From assembly GCA_963741515.1 (NCBI GenBank), contig CAVUIA010000001.1, positions 323,767-387,766 of the forward strand: a stretch of DNA of 64,000 bases, in the 5' to 3' direction. Made by a program: the position numbers and the translations under genes. The notes below the pieces were generated by a model, which did no database searches, had not been told where the DNA came from, and saw only the letters and a list, made by a program, of their open reading frames with translations. The stretch is from an uncultured bacterium. Its GTDB lineage: Bacteria; Desulfobacterota; Deferrimicrobia; Deferrimicrobiales; Deferrimicrobiaceae. Positions 8,651-19,999 of this stretch are shown one piece after another (positions within the stretch are counted from its first letter, which is position 1; the number at the start of each line of letters is the position of its first letter).

Positions 8651-10738
8651 TCACTCCTCCTCCTCTTCTCCCATCTCCTTCTTCGCTTCCGCGATCACCT
8701 TCTCGGCGACGACGGCCGGCGCTTCCTCGTAATGGTCGATCTTCATGGTGAACTGCCCGCGCCCCGCCGTCATGGAGTTGAGGTCGGACGAGTAGCGGAG
8801 CACCTCGGCCAGCGGCACCTGGGCCCGGACGACCTGGCTCTTGCCCTATGGCGTCGACGCCCAGCACGCGGCCGCGCCGCCCGCTCATGTCGCCCATGAC
8901 GTCGCCCACGCTCTCATCGGGGACGACCACCTCCAGTTCGGCGATCGGCTCGAGCAGGATGGGCTTGGCGATGGCCGCCGCCTTCTTGAAGGCGAGGGAG
9001 CCGGCGATCTTGAACGCCATTTCGGAGGAGTCGACCGTGTGGAAGGAGCCGTCGAACACGGTCACCCGCACGTCGACCATCGGGTAGCCGGCGATGACGC
9101 CCTTGGACATCCGCTCCACGACGCCCTTCTCGACCGCGGGGATGTACTGCCGGGGGATCGACCCGCCGACGATGCCGTCGACGTATTCGAACCCTTTCCC
9201 GCGGGGCAGCGGCTCGATCCGGATCCAGCAGTCGCCGTACTGCCCGCGGCCGCCGGACTGCTTCTTGTGCTTGCCCTGCACCTCGGCCTTCCCCTTGATG
9301 GTCTCCAGGTAGGCGATCTTCGGGGTGCGCATCTCGACCTCGACGCTGTACTGCCGCTTGAGCTTCTCGACCACGACCTCGAGGTGGGTATCCCCCATCC
9401 CCGCGAGGATGAACTCGTTGGTCTGCGCATCCTTGCGGAAATGGATCGTCGGGTCCTCTTCCATCATCCGGGCGATCGACGCTCCCAGCTTGTCCTCGTC
9501 GTTCCGGGTCTTGGGGCGGACGGCGAAGGAGATGACCGGCTCCGTCTTCGCCGGGAGGGGCGAAAACGATCGGGCTCTTCGGGTCGCAAAGCGTGTCGCC
9601 CGTGGTGGTCTCCTTGAACTTGGCCACCGCGACGATCTCGCCGGCGGAAGCCGAGCCGACAGGTTTCTGCTTCTTCCCCTCCAGCCGGAGGATCTGGCCG
9701 ATCCGCTCCGACGCGTCCTTCGTGGAGTTCAGCGGGGACAGATCGGGGGTGAGGGTGCCGGAGAAGATCTTGAAGATGGAGAGCTTGCCGGCGTACGGGT
9801 CGGCGAGCGTCTTGAACACCTGCGCCGAGAACGGGCGCCTTCTCGGAGATCGCGCGCTTGTCCTCGGCCTTCGTCTTCGGGTTGGTCCCGGTCACGGAGC
9901 CCCGGTACGACGGATCGGGCAGCGCGATGTTGATCAGGTCCATCAGCGGCGCGATCCCGATGAGGCGGGCCGAGCTGCCGCAGACGACCGGCAGGAATTT
10001 CATCCCCTGGACGCCCGCCCGGAAGCCGGAGCGGATCTCGTCCTCGGAGAGCTCGCTCCCCTCGAGGAACTTCTCGATGAGGGCGTCGTCGGCCTCGGCG
10101 CACGACTCGACCAGCTTCTCCCGCGCCTTCGCCGCCGCGCCGGCCATGTCGGCGGGGATGTCCTGGACGGTGAACTCGCCGGCGTCGCCCTTGTAGACCA
10201 GCGCCTTCATCTTGAACAGGTCGATCACGCCGGAGAACGACGCCTCGCTCCCGATCGGAAGCAGCACGGGGACCACGGGGACTTTCAGTATCTCCGCCAT
10301 CTCCGCGACCGCCCGTTCGAAGTCGGCGCGCTCCTTGTCCATCTTGGAGACGTAACCGATCACCGGCACGTCGGCCGCGCGGGCGAGGCTCCACATCTTC
10401 TCCGTCTGGACCTCGACGCCCGAGACGGCGTTCACCACGAGGACCGCCCCGTCGAGGAAGCGCATGACCGCGCGCGTGTCCGCCTCGAAGTTGATGTAGC
10501 CCGGGGTGTCGCCCAGCGTCACCTCGACCTTGTTCCAGCTGTAATGGTGGAAGGACGTGCTGATCGTGATCTTCTTGCGGATTTCCTCCGGGTCGTAGTC
10601 GAAGTTCGAGCTTCCGTCGTCGACCTTCCCCATCCGGTCGACGGCTTTCGCGTTGAAGAGCAACGCCTCCGCGAGCGTCGTCTTCCCTGCGCCCCCGTGG
10701 GCGATTATCCCTACGTTCCTGATCTGCTGGATGTCCAC
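8651..10738 (-). CDS. elongation factor G-family GTPase (EF-G paralog), interrupted by two frame shifts
   Basis: G domain (GIIAHGGAGKTTL, DTPGYINF, VNAVSG), domain II (FKTLADPYAGKLSIFKIFSG), domains III-V (MGDTHLEVVVEKLKRQYSVEV...) and C-terminus (...GRGQFTMKIDHYEEAP...). These lie in three frames. An extra G was found at about 9817. Confidence 0.75.
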
Positions 10739-10774
10739 TTCGAAATGTCCTCCCTTGAGGGCTTAAAGGTTCCT

Positions 10775-10815
10775 CTCGTATATAATACGCAGTCCTTCCA
10801 GAGTCAAATTCTCAT
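10775..10815 (-). promoter_or_regulatory. putative sigma70-type promoter (TTGACT-N17-TATATA) plus AAGGGAGG Shine-Dalgarno for the EF-G-like gene
   Basis: Hexamers and spacing read directly from the minus strand upstream of the GTG start at 10738. Confidence 0.35.
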
Positions 10816-10829
10816 CGATTTCATGGATT

Positions 10830-12352
10830 TCAGACGACTCGGCGGAGATCTCCCGGGAGAGCCCGCCGGTGGCGATCACGAAGGGGTGAGATCCGCAGCT
10901 CCTTGCGGATCCGCCCGATGATCCCGTCGACCAGCGCGACGTACCCGTAGAAGAGGCCCGACTGCATCGCGGCGACCGTGTTTTTCCCGATCACGGTGGC
11001 GGGCTTGACGATCTCGATGCGGGGGAGCTTCGACGCCTGCCGGAAGAGCGCCTCCGCCGAGATGTTCACTCCCGGGGCGATCACGCCGCCCATGTAGTCC
11101 CCCTCCGCCGACACGTAGTCGAACGTCGTGGCCGTCCCGAAATCGACGACGATGGAGGCCTTCCTGTGCTTCGCGTACGCGGCGACGGCGTTGACGATCC
11201 GGTCGGCCCCGACTTCCCTGGGGTTGTCCATCTTGATGGAGATCCCCGTCTTGATCCCCGGCCCCACCACCATGGGCGTCATGCCGAAGTAGCGGTCGCA
11301 GAGATCGACGATGGTCGGGGTGAGCGGCGGGACGACGGAGGCGACGATGATCGCCTTGATGTCGCGCGACGAAAAGTGGCTCGACTCGTACAGGTTCCGG
11401 AGACAGGATCCCGTACTCGTCGCTGGTCTTCTCCCGGTCGGTCCAGACGCGCCAGTGGTGCAGGAGCTTCTCCCCTTCGTACACCCCGATGACGGTGTTC
11501 GAATTTCCCACGTCGATCACGAGAAGCATCCGGTTCCCTTTACCCCCCTGGATCGGTTCGAATTCGACGATCTCGGCGCTGTCCAGCGTTTCGACCGCGC
11601 CCGCCCCGTCCGGCCGGAACAGCAAGGCGCCGTCCGCGCCCACGCCGTTCGCGACGCCCCACGCCTCTTCCCCGGAGCGGCGGACGAGCACGCGCCGCCC
11701 CCGGAGCATGTCCCTGCGCTCCCAGTCCGGGTGGATCGCGGGGAACCCCCCGGCCAGGAATTCCCCGTACCGGCGCGCGAAGGCGTCGAGGAACCGGGCC
11801 AGGATCTCGACCCGCGAAAACGCGCGGCCCGCGCGGATCCTCAGGGACGTCGCCTTCCCGCGGAGTTCGGCGGGGATCTCGTCCTCGGCGAGGTTCACGT
11901 TGATCCCGACGCCGATCACGACGTGCCGGACGCCGTCCGCCCCGGACGCCGTCTCCACCAGGATCCCGGCCGCCTTCCGCTCCCCGAGGTACAGGTCGTT
12001 GGGCCACTTGAGGAAACGCGGGAACGCCCGCGCTTTCCGTCGCGTCCGCCAGGGCGACGCCCGCCGCCAGGGAGAGCCCCGGCGGCATCGCATTCGGTAT
12101 TTCGGGACGCACGAGCAGGGAAACGTACACGTTTCTGCCCGGCGGCGAGACCCATCGCCGGCCGTGGCGGCCGCGGCCCCCGGTTTGATCGTCCGCCACG
12201 ACGACCGTCCCGTGCGGGGCGCCCGCCGAAGCCAGCGCCATCGCCCTGCTGTTCGTGCTGTCCGTCACGCCGAGACAGACCACGTCGGCCCACGGGCCGC
12301 CGGGAGCAAGCCTTTCCCGAAGCTCCTCAGCGGTGATCCGGCCGCAAAACAT
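10830..12352 (-). CDS. biotin-protein ligase BirA fused in frame to type III pantothenate kinase CoaX (two frame shifts)
   Basis: BirA catalytic motifs ([41 protein letters not shown]) continue without a stop into CoaX ([15 protein letters not shown]...[12 protein letters not shown]). Pieces lie in three frames. Confidence 0.7.
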
Positions 12353-12384
12353 CACTACATATAAGCATTTCCATGCAACGGAAA

Positions 12385-12732
12385 TCAATCCATTTCGAAC
12401 CGGATCTCGTCTCCGACCTCGGTCCCGGTCCGCCCGATCGTGCCCTCCGGAAGTTCGAGGACCCCCAGGGCGGACCCGAAGAACCCGGACACGCGGTTCC
12501 TCCGGAATTCCCCGTACAGCCCCACCACCCGCCCGTCGTGCCCGAGAAACAGCGCGTCGAATTGGAACCGCATCCCGAACGAGTGGATGCAGGCGCACGG
12601 CGAGATCCAGAGCCCCTCCCCGCGGGGGAGCCCGTCCTTCCCGATCAGCCCTTTGAGCCGGAGACGGAAGGTGTCCGCCGCGCGGACCGACTCGCCGAGG
12701 ACCGTCCCCCGGGTGGCGTTGGCGACCTTCAC
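12385..12732 (-). CDS. DUF192 (COG1430)-family protein
   Basis: 115-aa frame (VKVANATRG...[31 protein letters not shown]...). GTG start overlaps the mutase stop. Confidence 0.55.
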   Translation of the reverse strand: MKVANATRGTVLGESVRAADTFRLRLKGLIGKDGLPRGEGLWISPCACIHSFGMRFQFDALFLGHDGRVVGLYGEFRRNRVSGFFGSALGVLELPEGTIGRTGTEVGDEIRFEMD

Positions 12733-14283
12733 CGGTGGACCCCGAAGACCGACCGCATCGCGCCGGAGATCTCCCCCAGCGTCGCCAGGGCGCGCACGGC
12801 GTCGAGGATCGGGCCCATGACGTTGCGCTTCCCCCGGCACGCGGAGACGAGGACGTCCAGGGAAGACCGGACCGCGGACGCGTCGCGCCGCTTCCGCAGG
12901 GACGCCAGCCGGCGGCGCTGCTCCCTCCCGATCCGCGGGTTCACCTTCAGGAGCCCCTTCGGCGGCTTTTCCTCCACGACGTGCGCGTTCACGCCGACGA
13001 CGATCCTCTCCTTCCGCTCCACTTCCATCTGGTGGCGGTAGGAGGCTTCCCGGATCTCCCCCTGTATGTATCCGGAGTCGATCGCGGCGACGGCGCCGCC
13101 CATGCGGTCGATCCGGCGGATGTACTCGGCCGCCCGCTTCTCCAGGGAGTTCGTCAGCGCCTCGACGCACCAGGAGCCCCCCAGGGGATCGATCGCGCCG
13201 GCCACCCCGCTCTCGTGGGCGAGGATCTGCTGGGTCCTCAAGGCGATCCGGACCGATTCCTCGGAGGGAAGGGACAGCGCCTCGTCCCGCGAATTGGTGT
13301 GGAGCGACTGGGCCCCGCCGAGGACGGCGGCCAGCGCCTGGATCGTCACGCGGACGATGTTGTTGTCCGGCTGCGCGGCCGTCAGCGTGGAGCCGGCGGT
13401 CTGCGCGTGGAAGCGCAGCATCCACGACCGCGGGTCCTTCGCGCGGAACCGGTCGCGCATGATCCTCGCCCAGAGCCGCCGCGCGGCGCGGAACTTCGCG
13501 ACCTCCTCCAGCAGGTCGTTGTGGGCGTTGAAGAAGAACGCGAGCCGCGGCGCGAAGGAGTCGACCGGCATCCCGGCGTCGATCGCGGCCTGGACGTAGG
13601 CGATGCCGTCGGCCAGCGTGAAGGCGATCTCCTGCGCCGCCGTGGAGCCGGCCTCGCGGATGTGGTAGCCGGACACGCTGATGGCGTTCCACCGGGGCAT
13701 GGCGTCCCGGCAGTACGCGAGGACGTCCGTGACGATCCGCATCGAGGGGGCGGGCGGGAAGATGTAGGCGCCCCGGGCGACGTACTCCTTGAGGATGTCG
13801 TTCTGCACGGTGCCGGCAAGCGCCGCCGGCGGCGTCCCCTGCTTCTCCGCGACGGCGACGTACATCGCGAGCAGGACGGCCGCGGTCGCGTTGGCCGTCA
13901 TCGAGGTGGACACCCGGCCGAGGGGGATCCCGTCGAAGAGGAGCTCCATGTCCTCGAGGGAGTCGATCGCCACGCCCGACCTTTCCGACCTCCCCGGCCG
14001 ACATGGGGTCGTCGGAGTCGTACCCCATCTGGGTGGGAAGGTCGAAGGCGACCGACAGGCCGTCCTGGCCCTGGTCGAGCAGCCAGCGGAACCGCCGGTT
14101 CGACTCGCGCGCGTCCCCGAAGCCGGCGTACTGCCGCATCGTCCAGGGGCGGCCCCGGTACATCGTCGGGTGCACGCCGCGCGTGAAGGGGAATTCGCCG
14201 GGGTGCCCGGCGTCCCTCGAGTAATCGAACCCTTCCAGGTCCCGCGGGGTGTAGAGCCCCTCCCGTCGCGTCCGCTTCCCCAA
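12729..14283 (-). CDS. methylmalonyl-CoA mutase-family catalytic (large) subunit; one frame shift near 13790
   Basis: N-terminus [21 protein letters not shown]...[24 protein letters not shown] and the catalytic TIM-barrel body are conserved through ...[26 protein letters not shown]. Confidence 0.8.
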
Positions 14284-14293
14284 CGGAGCGTCC

Positions 14294-15568
14294 CTACCCC
14301 TTCGCGCCGAAAAGGGCGTGGCGCACGAGCTCGGCGATGTGGACGATCCGGACGGATGGGTCGACGCGGGCGGTCATGTCCCGCATCTGGAGGACGCATC
14401 CCGAGCAGGCGGCGGCGATGACCTTCGTCCCCCCCTTCGCGGCGACGGACACCTTGTTCTCCCCGATCTTCGCCGAGGAGGGATAGTCCCGGATGTTGAA
14501 GGTCCCGCCGTAGCCGCAGCACAGGTCCGCCCCCTTCATCTCCTTGAAGGCGTCCCCCACCGCCTTGGCCAGCACGCGCCGCGCCTCGGGCCCCTTCCCC
14601 AGCGTCCCCGTCAGGTGGCAGGAGTCGTGGTAGCCGATCTCCCCGGGCCGTTCGGCCGGCGGGGGATCGGGCAGCCGGTCGACGACCCCCGTGTCGAGGA
14701 TGAAGCTCGCGTAATCCGTGCAGCGGTCCGCCACGAAGGCCGCGTCGTCATGGAGCGGGTGCCCTTCCTTGAACAGGGAAGGGATGTTCCGCTTGAACAT
14801 GAGGAGGCACGACCCGCAGGGGAAGACGATCGTCCCGGGCGCCGCCGCGCGCAGCCGCCGCAGGTTCGCCTCGATGTTCTCGAGGGCCGACTTCCGGTCG
14901 CCGGAAACGAGCGCGGGAAGGCCGCAGCACGCCGCCTCCCGGAACACCGAGACGGGCTTCCCGGAGGCCTTCATCGTCTCGTACGCCGCGCGCCCCACGT
15001 CGGGGTAGAAGTGGTCGAACACGCAGCCGACGAAGAGCATCACGTCGCCTTCGTTCGCCTCGTCCTTCCCGAGCGACTCGATGAACCCCTTCGCCGGGAG
15101 CTCCGGGATCGTCCTGCCGCCGGTGAGGAACTCCGCCGGGAACCGGTAGTGGAGCCCGCTCCCCGTGGGGACTTTCTTCAGGAAGAGGCGCTCCGCTACG
15201 GCGCCCGCCTTCCGCATCGCCCGCATCGTCGCGTCGGACGGCATCACCTTCCCGAACAGGATGCTCTTCCACGCCGGGACGCCGACTTCGTCCGCCAGGT
15301 CGGCCCGCCCCCGCATGACGATCTCCTCGTAGAGGACCTGGTTGGGGCACTCCCGCTCGCACCGCCCGCACAGGAGGCAGTCGGCCAGCGCCTCCTGCAC
15401 CGCCGCCGAATCCTTTGCTTCGCCGGACAGCGCGCTCTCGAGGATGCACACCTTCCCCCGGGCCGCCGCGTTCTCCGTCTTCCGGTACGGGTACAGGGTG
15501 CAGACCGTCCGGCAGGTCCCGCACTTCGCGCACAGGCCCGCCATTTCCCGCAGTTCGTCGTCCTTCAC
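14294..15568 (-). CDS. (Fe-S)-binding oxidoreductase with two 4Fe-4S Cys clusters and CCG domains (GlcF/HdrD-like)
   Basis: Motifs [15 protein letters not shown] and [12 protein letters not shown], plus CCG-type motifs (CCGLPA, CCGYGG). GTG start overlaps the glcD-like stop. An alternative ATG lies at 15544. Confidence 0.75.
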   Translation of the reverse strand: MKDDELREMAGLCAKCGTCRTVCTLYPYRKTENAAARGKVCILESALSGEAKDSAAVQEALADCLLCGRCERECPNQVLYEEIVMRGRADLADEVGVPAWKSILFGKVMPSDATMRAMRKAGAVAERLFLKKVPTGSGLHYRFPAEFLTGGRTIPELPAKGFIESLGKDEANEGDVMLFVGCVFDHFYPDVGRAAYETMKASGKPVSVFREAACCGLPALVSGDRKSALENIEANLRRLRAAAPGTIVFPCGSCLLMFKRNIPSLFKEGHPLHDDAAFVADRCTDYASFILDTGVVDRLPDPPPAERPGEIGYHDSCHLTGTLGKGPEARRVLAKAVGDAFKEMKGADLCCGYGGTFNIRDYPSSAKIGENKVSVAAKGGTKVIAAACSGCVLQMRDMTARVDPSVRIVHIAELVRHALFGAKG

Positions 15569-16956
15569 CGCGGCTCCGACGCCTCTTCGGGGAAGATCTT
15601 CCCGGGATTGAGGATCCCGTTCGGGTCGAAGCAGTTCTTCAGCCGCTTCATGACGGAGATGCCCATCGGCCCGATCTCCATCTCGAGGAACGGCGACTTG
15701 ATGATCCCGACGCCGTGCTCGCCGGTGATCGTCCCTCCCATTTCCACGGTGGCCCTGAAGACCTCCGCCACCGCCTCCTCCGCCCGCCGGTACTCGTCGG
15801 GATCGTTCCCCGAGAGCATGAAGTTCACGTGGACGTTCCCGTCGCCCGCGTGGCCGAAGTTGACGTTCGTCACGCGCTTGCGGGCAGCGAGGTCGGCGAG
15901 GAAATCGAACATGTCGGACAGGCGGCTGCGCGGGACGACGACGTCCTCGTTCATCTTGACCGCGCCCACCCGCCGCAGCGCCGGGGAGATCGACCGGCGC
16001 AGCGTCCAAAGCTCGTCCCGCCCCTTCGCGTCGGACGCCCGGCGCACTTCCAGGGCCCCGCAGGACCGGCACGCCTCCGCGATCCGGTCCGCCTCCCGCG
16101 CGACGGAGAGCTCCTGCCCGTCGACCTCGATCAGCAGCGCGCTGCGGGTCCCCTCGGGCAGCTCGATGGGGATCGTCGCCTGCACGCAGTCGATGGCGGT
16201 GCGGTCCATCAGCTCCATCGCGGACGGGGTGATCCGCGCCGCGACGATCGCGTTGACGGCCGCCGCGGACTGGCGGTTCCCCTCGAACAGCGCCAGGAGC
16301 GTCGTGACCGATTCCGGCAGCGGCACGAGCTTGAGCGTCGCCCGGGTGATGACCCCGAGGGTCCCCTCGGAGCCCACCAGCATCCGCGTGAGGTCGTACC
16401 CGGCCACCCCCTTCATCGTGACCACGCCCGTGCGGACGAGCTCGCCCGTCCCCAGGACGGCCTCGAGCGCCAGGACGTAGTCGCGCGTGACGCCGTATTT
16501 CACCGCGCACATCCCGCCGGCGCACTCGGCGATGTTCCCTCCGATGGTGCTGAACTTGAGCGACGCCGGGTCCGGCGGGTAGAAGAGCCCGACCTTGCGG
16601 GCCGCCTCCTTCAGGTCTCCCGTGATCACTCCCGGCTCGACGACGGCGTAGAGGTTCTCGCCGTCGATCGCCAGGATCTTGTCCATCTTCTCCATGGAAA
16701 GGACGACGCCCCCCTGGACCGGCAGGGAGCCGCCGGAGAACCCGGTCCCCGCGCCGCGGGGCACGACGGGGAAGCGGAGACGGTTCGCCAGCTGGACGAT
16801 CCGCTGCACCTCCCCCGCGTCCGCGGGAAACGCCACCGCGTCGGGGAGGAACTTCTTCCGTAATGCGTCGAAAGAGTAGCAGGTAAGCGTCTCGAAGTCG
16901 GTCCGGAGGCGGTTCCCCAGGATCTCCCCGAGAGCGGAAGAGGCGGTTTTATCCAT
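15565..16956 (-). CDS. glcD: FAD-linked oxidase (GlcD-like glycolate oxidase subunit)
   Basis: Intact 463-aa ORF with an FAD-binding PCMH domain (PRGAGTGFSGGS) and a C-terminal oxidase domain. Confidence 0.8.
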   Translation of the reverse strand: MDKTASSALGEILGNRLRTDFETLTCYSFDALRKKFLPDAVAFPADAGEVQRIVQLANRLRFPVVPRGAGTGFSGGSLPVQGGVVLSMEKMDKILAIDGENLYAVVEPGVITGDLKEAARKVGLFYPPDPASLKFSTIGGNIAECAGGMCAVKYGVTRDYVLALEAVLGTGELVRTGVVTMKGVAGYDLTRMLVGSEGTLGVITRATLKLVPLPESVTTLLALFEGNRQSAAAVNAIVAARITPSAMELMDRTAIDCVQATIPIELPEGTRSALLIEVDGQELSVAREADRIAEACRSCGALEVRRASDAKGRDELWTLRRSISPALRRVGAVKMNEDVVVPRSRLSDMFDFLADLAARKRVTNVNFGHAGDGNVHVNFMLSGNDPDEYRRAEEAVAEVFRATVEMGGTITGEHGVGIIKSPFLEMEIGPMGISVMKRLKNCFDPNGILNPGKIFPEEASEPR

Positions 16957-17007
16957 AATTTATTTATTTTATCACACTGCGTCCGGGGGCCCCGAAGCCC
17001 CCTCCCG

Positions 17008-17775
17008 TCACCCGTCGAGCGAGTGGATGAAGGCGGTGATGACGGCGACCAGCTCGTTGGGCCTCTCCAGGATCGGAAGGTGGCCCGTGCCGTGCAGGAT
17101 CTTCAGGACCGCCCCGGGGATGTTCATGGCGAGGTACTCGCCGTACTTCAACGGGGTGAGCATGTCGTCGGCCCCGTTGACCACGAGGGTCGGAAGCCGG
17201 ATCACGCCGATGCGCGACATCCTGTCGAAGCCGGTGCACGCGCGGAAGTCGGCCAGGTAGGTCTCCGGGCGCGTCGAAAGGACGTCCTGGAGGACGTCTT
17301 CCCGGAGGTCGGTCGACGTTTCGTGGGACAGCATCTTGTCCACGAGCTCCGGGGCGAACTCGCGGAACCGCTTCTCTATCGCCTCGACGATCTCGGGGGC
17401 GACCTTCATCTTCGCGCCGGAGGCGATGAGGACCAGCGCCTCGATACCGGGCATCTCGTTCAGCGCGGCCTGGATGGCGATCGCGCCGCCCATCGAGTGG
17501 CCGGCGAGGATGAATTTCTTGAGCCCCAGCTCCTTGACGAAATCCGCCACCCATTCGGCGGCGGCGGGGATCGTCTCGAAGGGGGCCCCTCCGCTCCGGG
17601 CGTGCCCGGGGAGGTCGGGGATGACGATGCGCGCCGTGCCTTTGAGCCGCGCCCACTGGTCGCGGAACGTGTGATGGGAGCCGCCGGCCCCGTGGAGGAA
17701 CAGGATGACGTGTGGGCTCGGCTTCATGCTGTCCTTGAAATAGACGACTTCGTCCCGCACGAAAATCTCCGGCAT
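17008..17775 (-). CDS. alpha/beta-fold hydrolase
   Basis: Intact 255-aa ORF with nucleophile elbow GHSMGG and HGxGG motifs. Confidence 0.8.
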   Translation of the reverse strand: MPEIFVRDEVVYFKDSMKPSPHVILFLHGAGGSHHTFRDQWARLKGTARIVIPDLPGHARSGGAPFETIPAAAEWVADFVKELGLKKFILAGHSMGGAIAIQAALNEMPGIEALVLIASGAKMKVAPEIVEAIEKRFREFAPELVDKMLSHETSTDLREDVLQDVLSTRPETYLADFRACTGFDRMSRIGVIRLPTLVVNGADDMLTPLKYGEYLAMNIPGAVLKILHGTGHLPILERPNELVAVITAFIHSLDG

Positions 17776-17919
17776 CGTCCGGACCCTCCCCCGCTGTTTT
17801 TGTACCGCACAAGTATACCCAATAATCCCGTGAATCCGGTATGCGATAAATCGGTAATCGGGAACCGTTTTGCGTTACTATTGCCTTGCACTGAATAACC
17901 GTTCAGGAGACGTGGGACG

Positions 17920-19893
17920 ATGAAAACGATCGGCAGAGAGCTCATGTGGAACCTGCAACCCGACGCGGCGGTCATCATGTGGTCGCTGTTCGCCGTGGTC
18001 CTGATCGTCATGGGGTGGGGCTTCCGGTCGCGGGTCGTGGCGTACCGGCGGGGGCGCGCGGAGCGGGAGAACCGGCTCGACAACTGGCAGGCCCGGCTCG
18101 CGGATGTCTTCCGGCTCGCCATCTTCCAGCAGCGGGTCCTCCATGAAAAGCTCGGCGGGCTGATCCACCTCGCCATCTACGCCTCGTTCCTCGTCCTGAT
18201 CGTCGTCACCACGCTGGTGGCCGTCGAGTTCGACCTCGGCATCGTGTTCCTCGACGGGAACTTCTACATCGTCTTCAAGCTGTTCGCCGAGACGTTCGGG
18301 GCGCTCCTGGTCGCCGGGGCGGCGGCGGCCCTGTTCCGCCGGTTTGTCCTCCGGCCGGAAGGGCTCACGAAGGACAACGACGACACGCTGCAGCTCCTCC
18401 TCATCCTGTTCATCGCCGTGACGGGCTTCCTGATCGAGACGGCGCGCATCGCGGCGACGGCTCCGAAGATCGCGCCCGTGTCCTACATCAGCGACTTCCT
18501 GGCCCCGCTCCTCTTCGGCGGGATGGAGCTCCCCCGGCTCCTCGCGATCCACAATGCGTTGTGGTGGGTCCACCTGGCGGCCGCGTTCGGCTTCCTCGCC
18601 GCCATCCCCTTCACGAAGATGATCCACATGGGCACGGGGACGGCGAGCGTCTACCTGCGCTCGTCCCGGCCGAAGGGCGCGCTGCAGCCGGTCCCCAACA
18701 TCGAAGAGGAGGAAAAGCCCGGCGTGGCCGCGCTGGAGGATTTCTCCTGGAAGCAGCTGCTGTCGGCGGACGGCTGCACCAAGTGCGGCCGGTGCCAGGA
18801 CGAATGCCCCGCGCACGCCGCATCGATGCCGCTCTCCCCGAGGGAGGTGGTCCTCAAGACGAAGGGCCAGATGGAGGCCGGCGCCGCGGCCGCCCCCGAT
18901 TTCGTCCACGGGGTCCTCACGCCGGAGGAGATCTGGGCCTGCACCACCTGCCGCGCCTGCATGCAGGCGTGCCCCGTCCTCATCGAGCACATCGACATGA
19001 TCGTCGACGTCCGGCGCGGCTACGTCGCCGCCTCCAAGGTGCCCGACACCGTGAAGCAGGCGCTGCGGAAGATGGGCGACACGGGGAACCCGTGGGGGCT
19101 GCCGCAGGACGACCGGATCGCGTGGACCGCGGGGCTCGACGTCCCCTTCGCGGCGGACAAGCCCGATTTCGAGTACCTGCTGTGGGTGGGCTGCGCCGGG
19201 GCGTACGACCCGCGGAACCAGAAGGTGACCCGGGCGCTGGTGTCGCTCCTCGACCGCGCCGGCGTCAATTACGCCACCCTCGGGCTCGAGGAGATGTGCT
19301 GCGGGGAATCCGCGCGGCGCATGGGCGAGGAAGGGTTGTTCCAGCTGGGAATGGTGGAGATGGCGAAGGAGACGTTCAAGAGCTACAACGTGAAGAAGGT
19401 GATCACGCCGTGCCCCCACTGCTTCAACACCTTCCGGAACGAATACCCCCAGTTCGGCGTGAACGTCGAGGTGGTGCACCACTCCGTCTTCCTCCGCGAC
19501 CTGATCGCCCAGGGGAAGCTCGTTCCGCGGAAAAACGCCGACCTCACCCTCGCGTTCCACGATTCGTGCTACCTCGGGCGGCACAACGACATCTACGACG
19601 CGCCGCGCGAGGCGATCCGGGCCGTCCCCGGCGTCAAGATCCTCGAAATCGAAAAGAGCCGCGAGGAGGCTTTTTGCTGCGGCGCCGGCGGCGGCGGGAT
19701 GTGGATGGACGCCGCGGGGGGGAAACGGATCAACTACCTGCGGTTCGACCAGGCGAGGAAGACCGGGGCGAACGTCTTCGGGATGGCGTGCCCGTACTGC
19801 ATGACCATGTTCGACGACGCGATCAAGTTCAACAATCTCGAGGACGAGATGAAGGTCAAGGACGTGGCGGAGCTGCTGGCGGATTCCATGTAA
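17920..19893 (+). CDS. membrane-bound HdrD/DsrK-like Fe-S oxidoreductase fused to an N-terminal NarI/DsrM-like membrane domain
   Basis: Intact 657-aa ORF. About five N-terminal TM helices with His ligands, then CTKCGRCQDECP and CTTCRACMQACP clusters and CCG motifs (CCGES, CCGAGGGG). Confidence 0.75.
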   Translation: MKTIGRELMWNLQPDAAVIMWSLFAVVLIVMGWGFRSRVVAYRRGRAERENRLDNWQARLADVFRLAIFQQRVLHEKLGGLIHLAIYASFLVLIVVTTLVAVEFDLGIVFLDGNFYIVFKLFAETFGALLVAGAAAALFRRFVLRPEGLTKDNDDTLQLLLILFIAVTGFLIETARIAATAPKIAPVSYISDFLAPLLFGGMELPRLLAIHNALWWVHLAAAFGFLAAIPFTKMIHMGTGTASVYLRSSRPKGALQPVPNIEEEEKPGVAALEDFSWKQLLSADGCTKCGRCQDECPAHAASMPLSPREVVLKTKGQMEAGAAAAPDFVHGVLTPEEIWACTTCRACMQACPVLIEHIDMIVDVRRGYVAASKVPDTVKQALRKMGDTGNPWGLPQDDRIAWTAGLDVPFAADKPDFEYLLWVGCAGAYDPRNQKVTRALVSLLDRAGVNYATLGLEEMCCGESARRMGEEGLFQLGMVEMAKETFKSYNVKKVITPCPHCFNTFRNEYPQFGVNVEVVHHSVFLRDLIAQGKLVPRKNADLTLAFHDSCYLGRHNDIYDAPREAIRAVPGVKILEIEKSREEAFCCGAGGGGMWMDAAGGKRINYLRFDQARKTGANVFGMACPYCMTMFDDAIKFNNLEDEMKVKDVAELLADSM

Positions 19894-19927
19894 ACTTTGC
19901 CGGGACCTGCGGAAGGGCAAATTACAA

Positions 19928-19965
19928 GGGAAGTTGTCGGTCGGCAACTTCCCTTTTATGTTTAT
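19928..19965 (+). terminator. rho-independent terminator (GGGAAGTTG-tcggtcgg-CAACTTCCC, then TTTTATGTTT)
   Basis: 9-bp GC-rich stem and T-tract about 35 nt after the stop of the upstream gene. Confidence 0.6.
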
Positions 19966-19999
19966 CAACTGTCCTTGTTTTTATACAATCGGATTGGCC

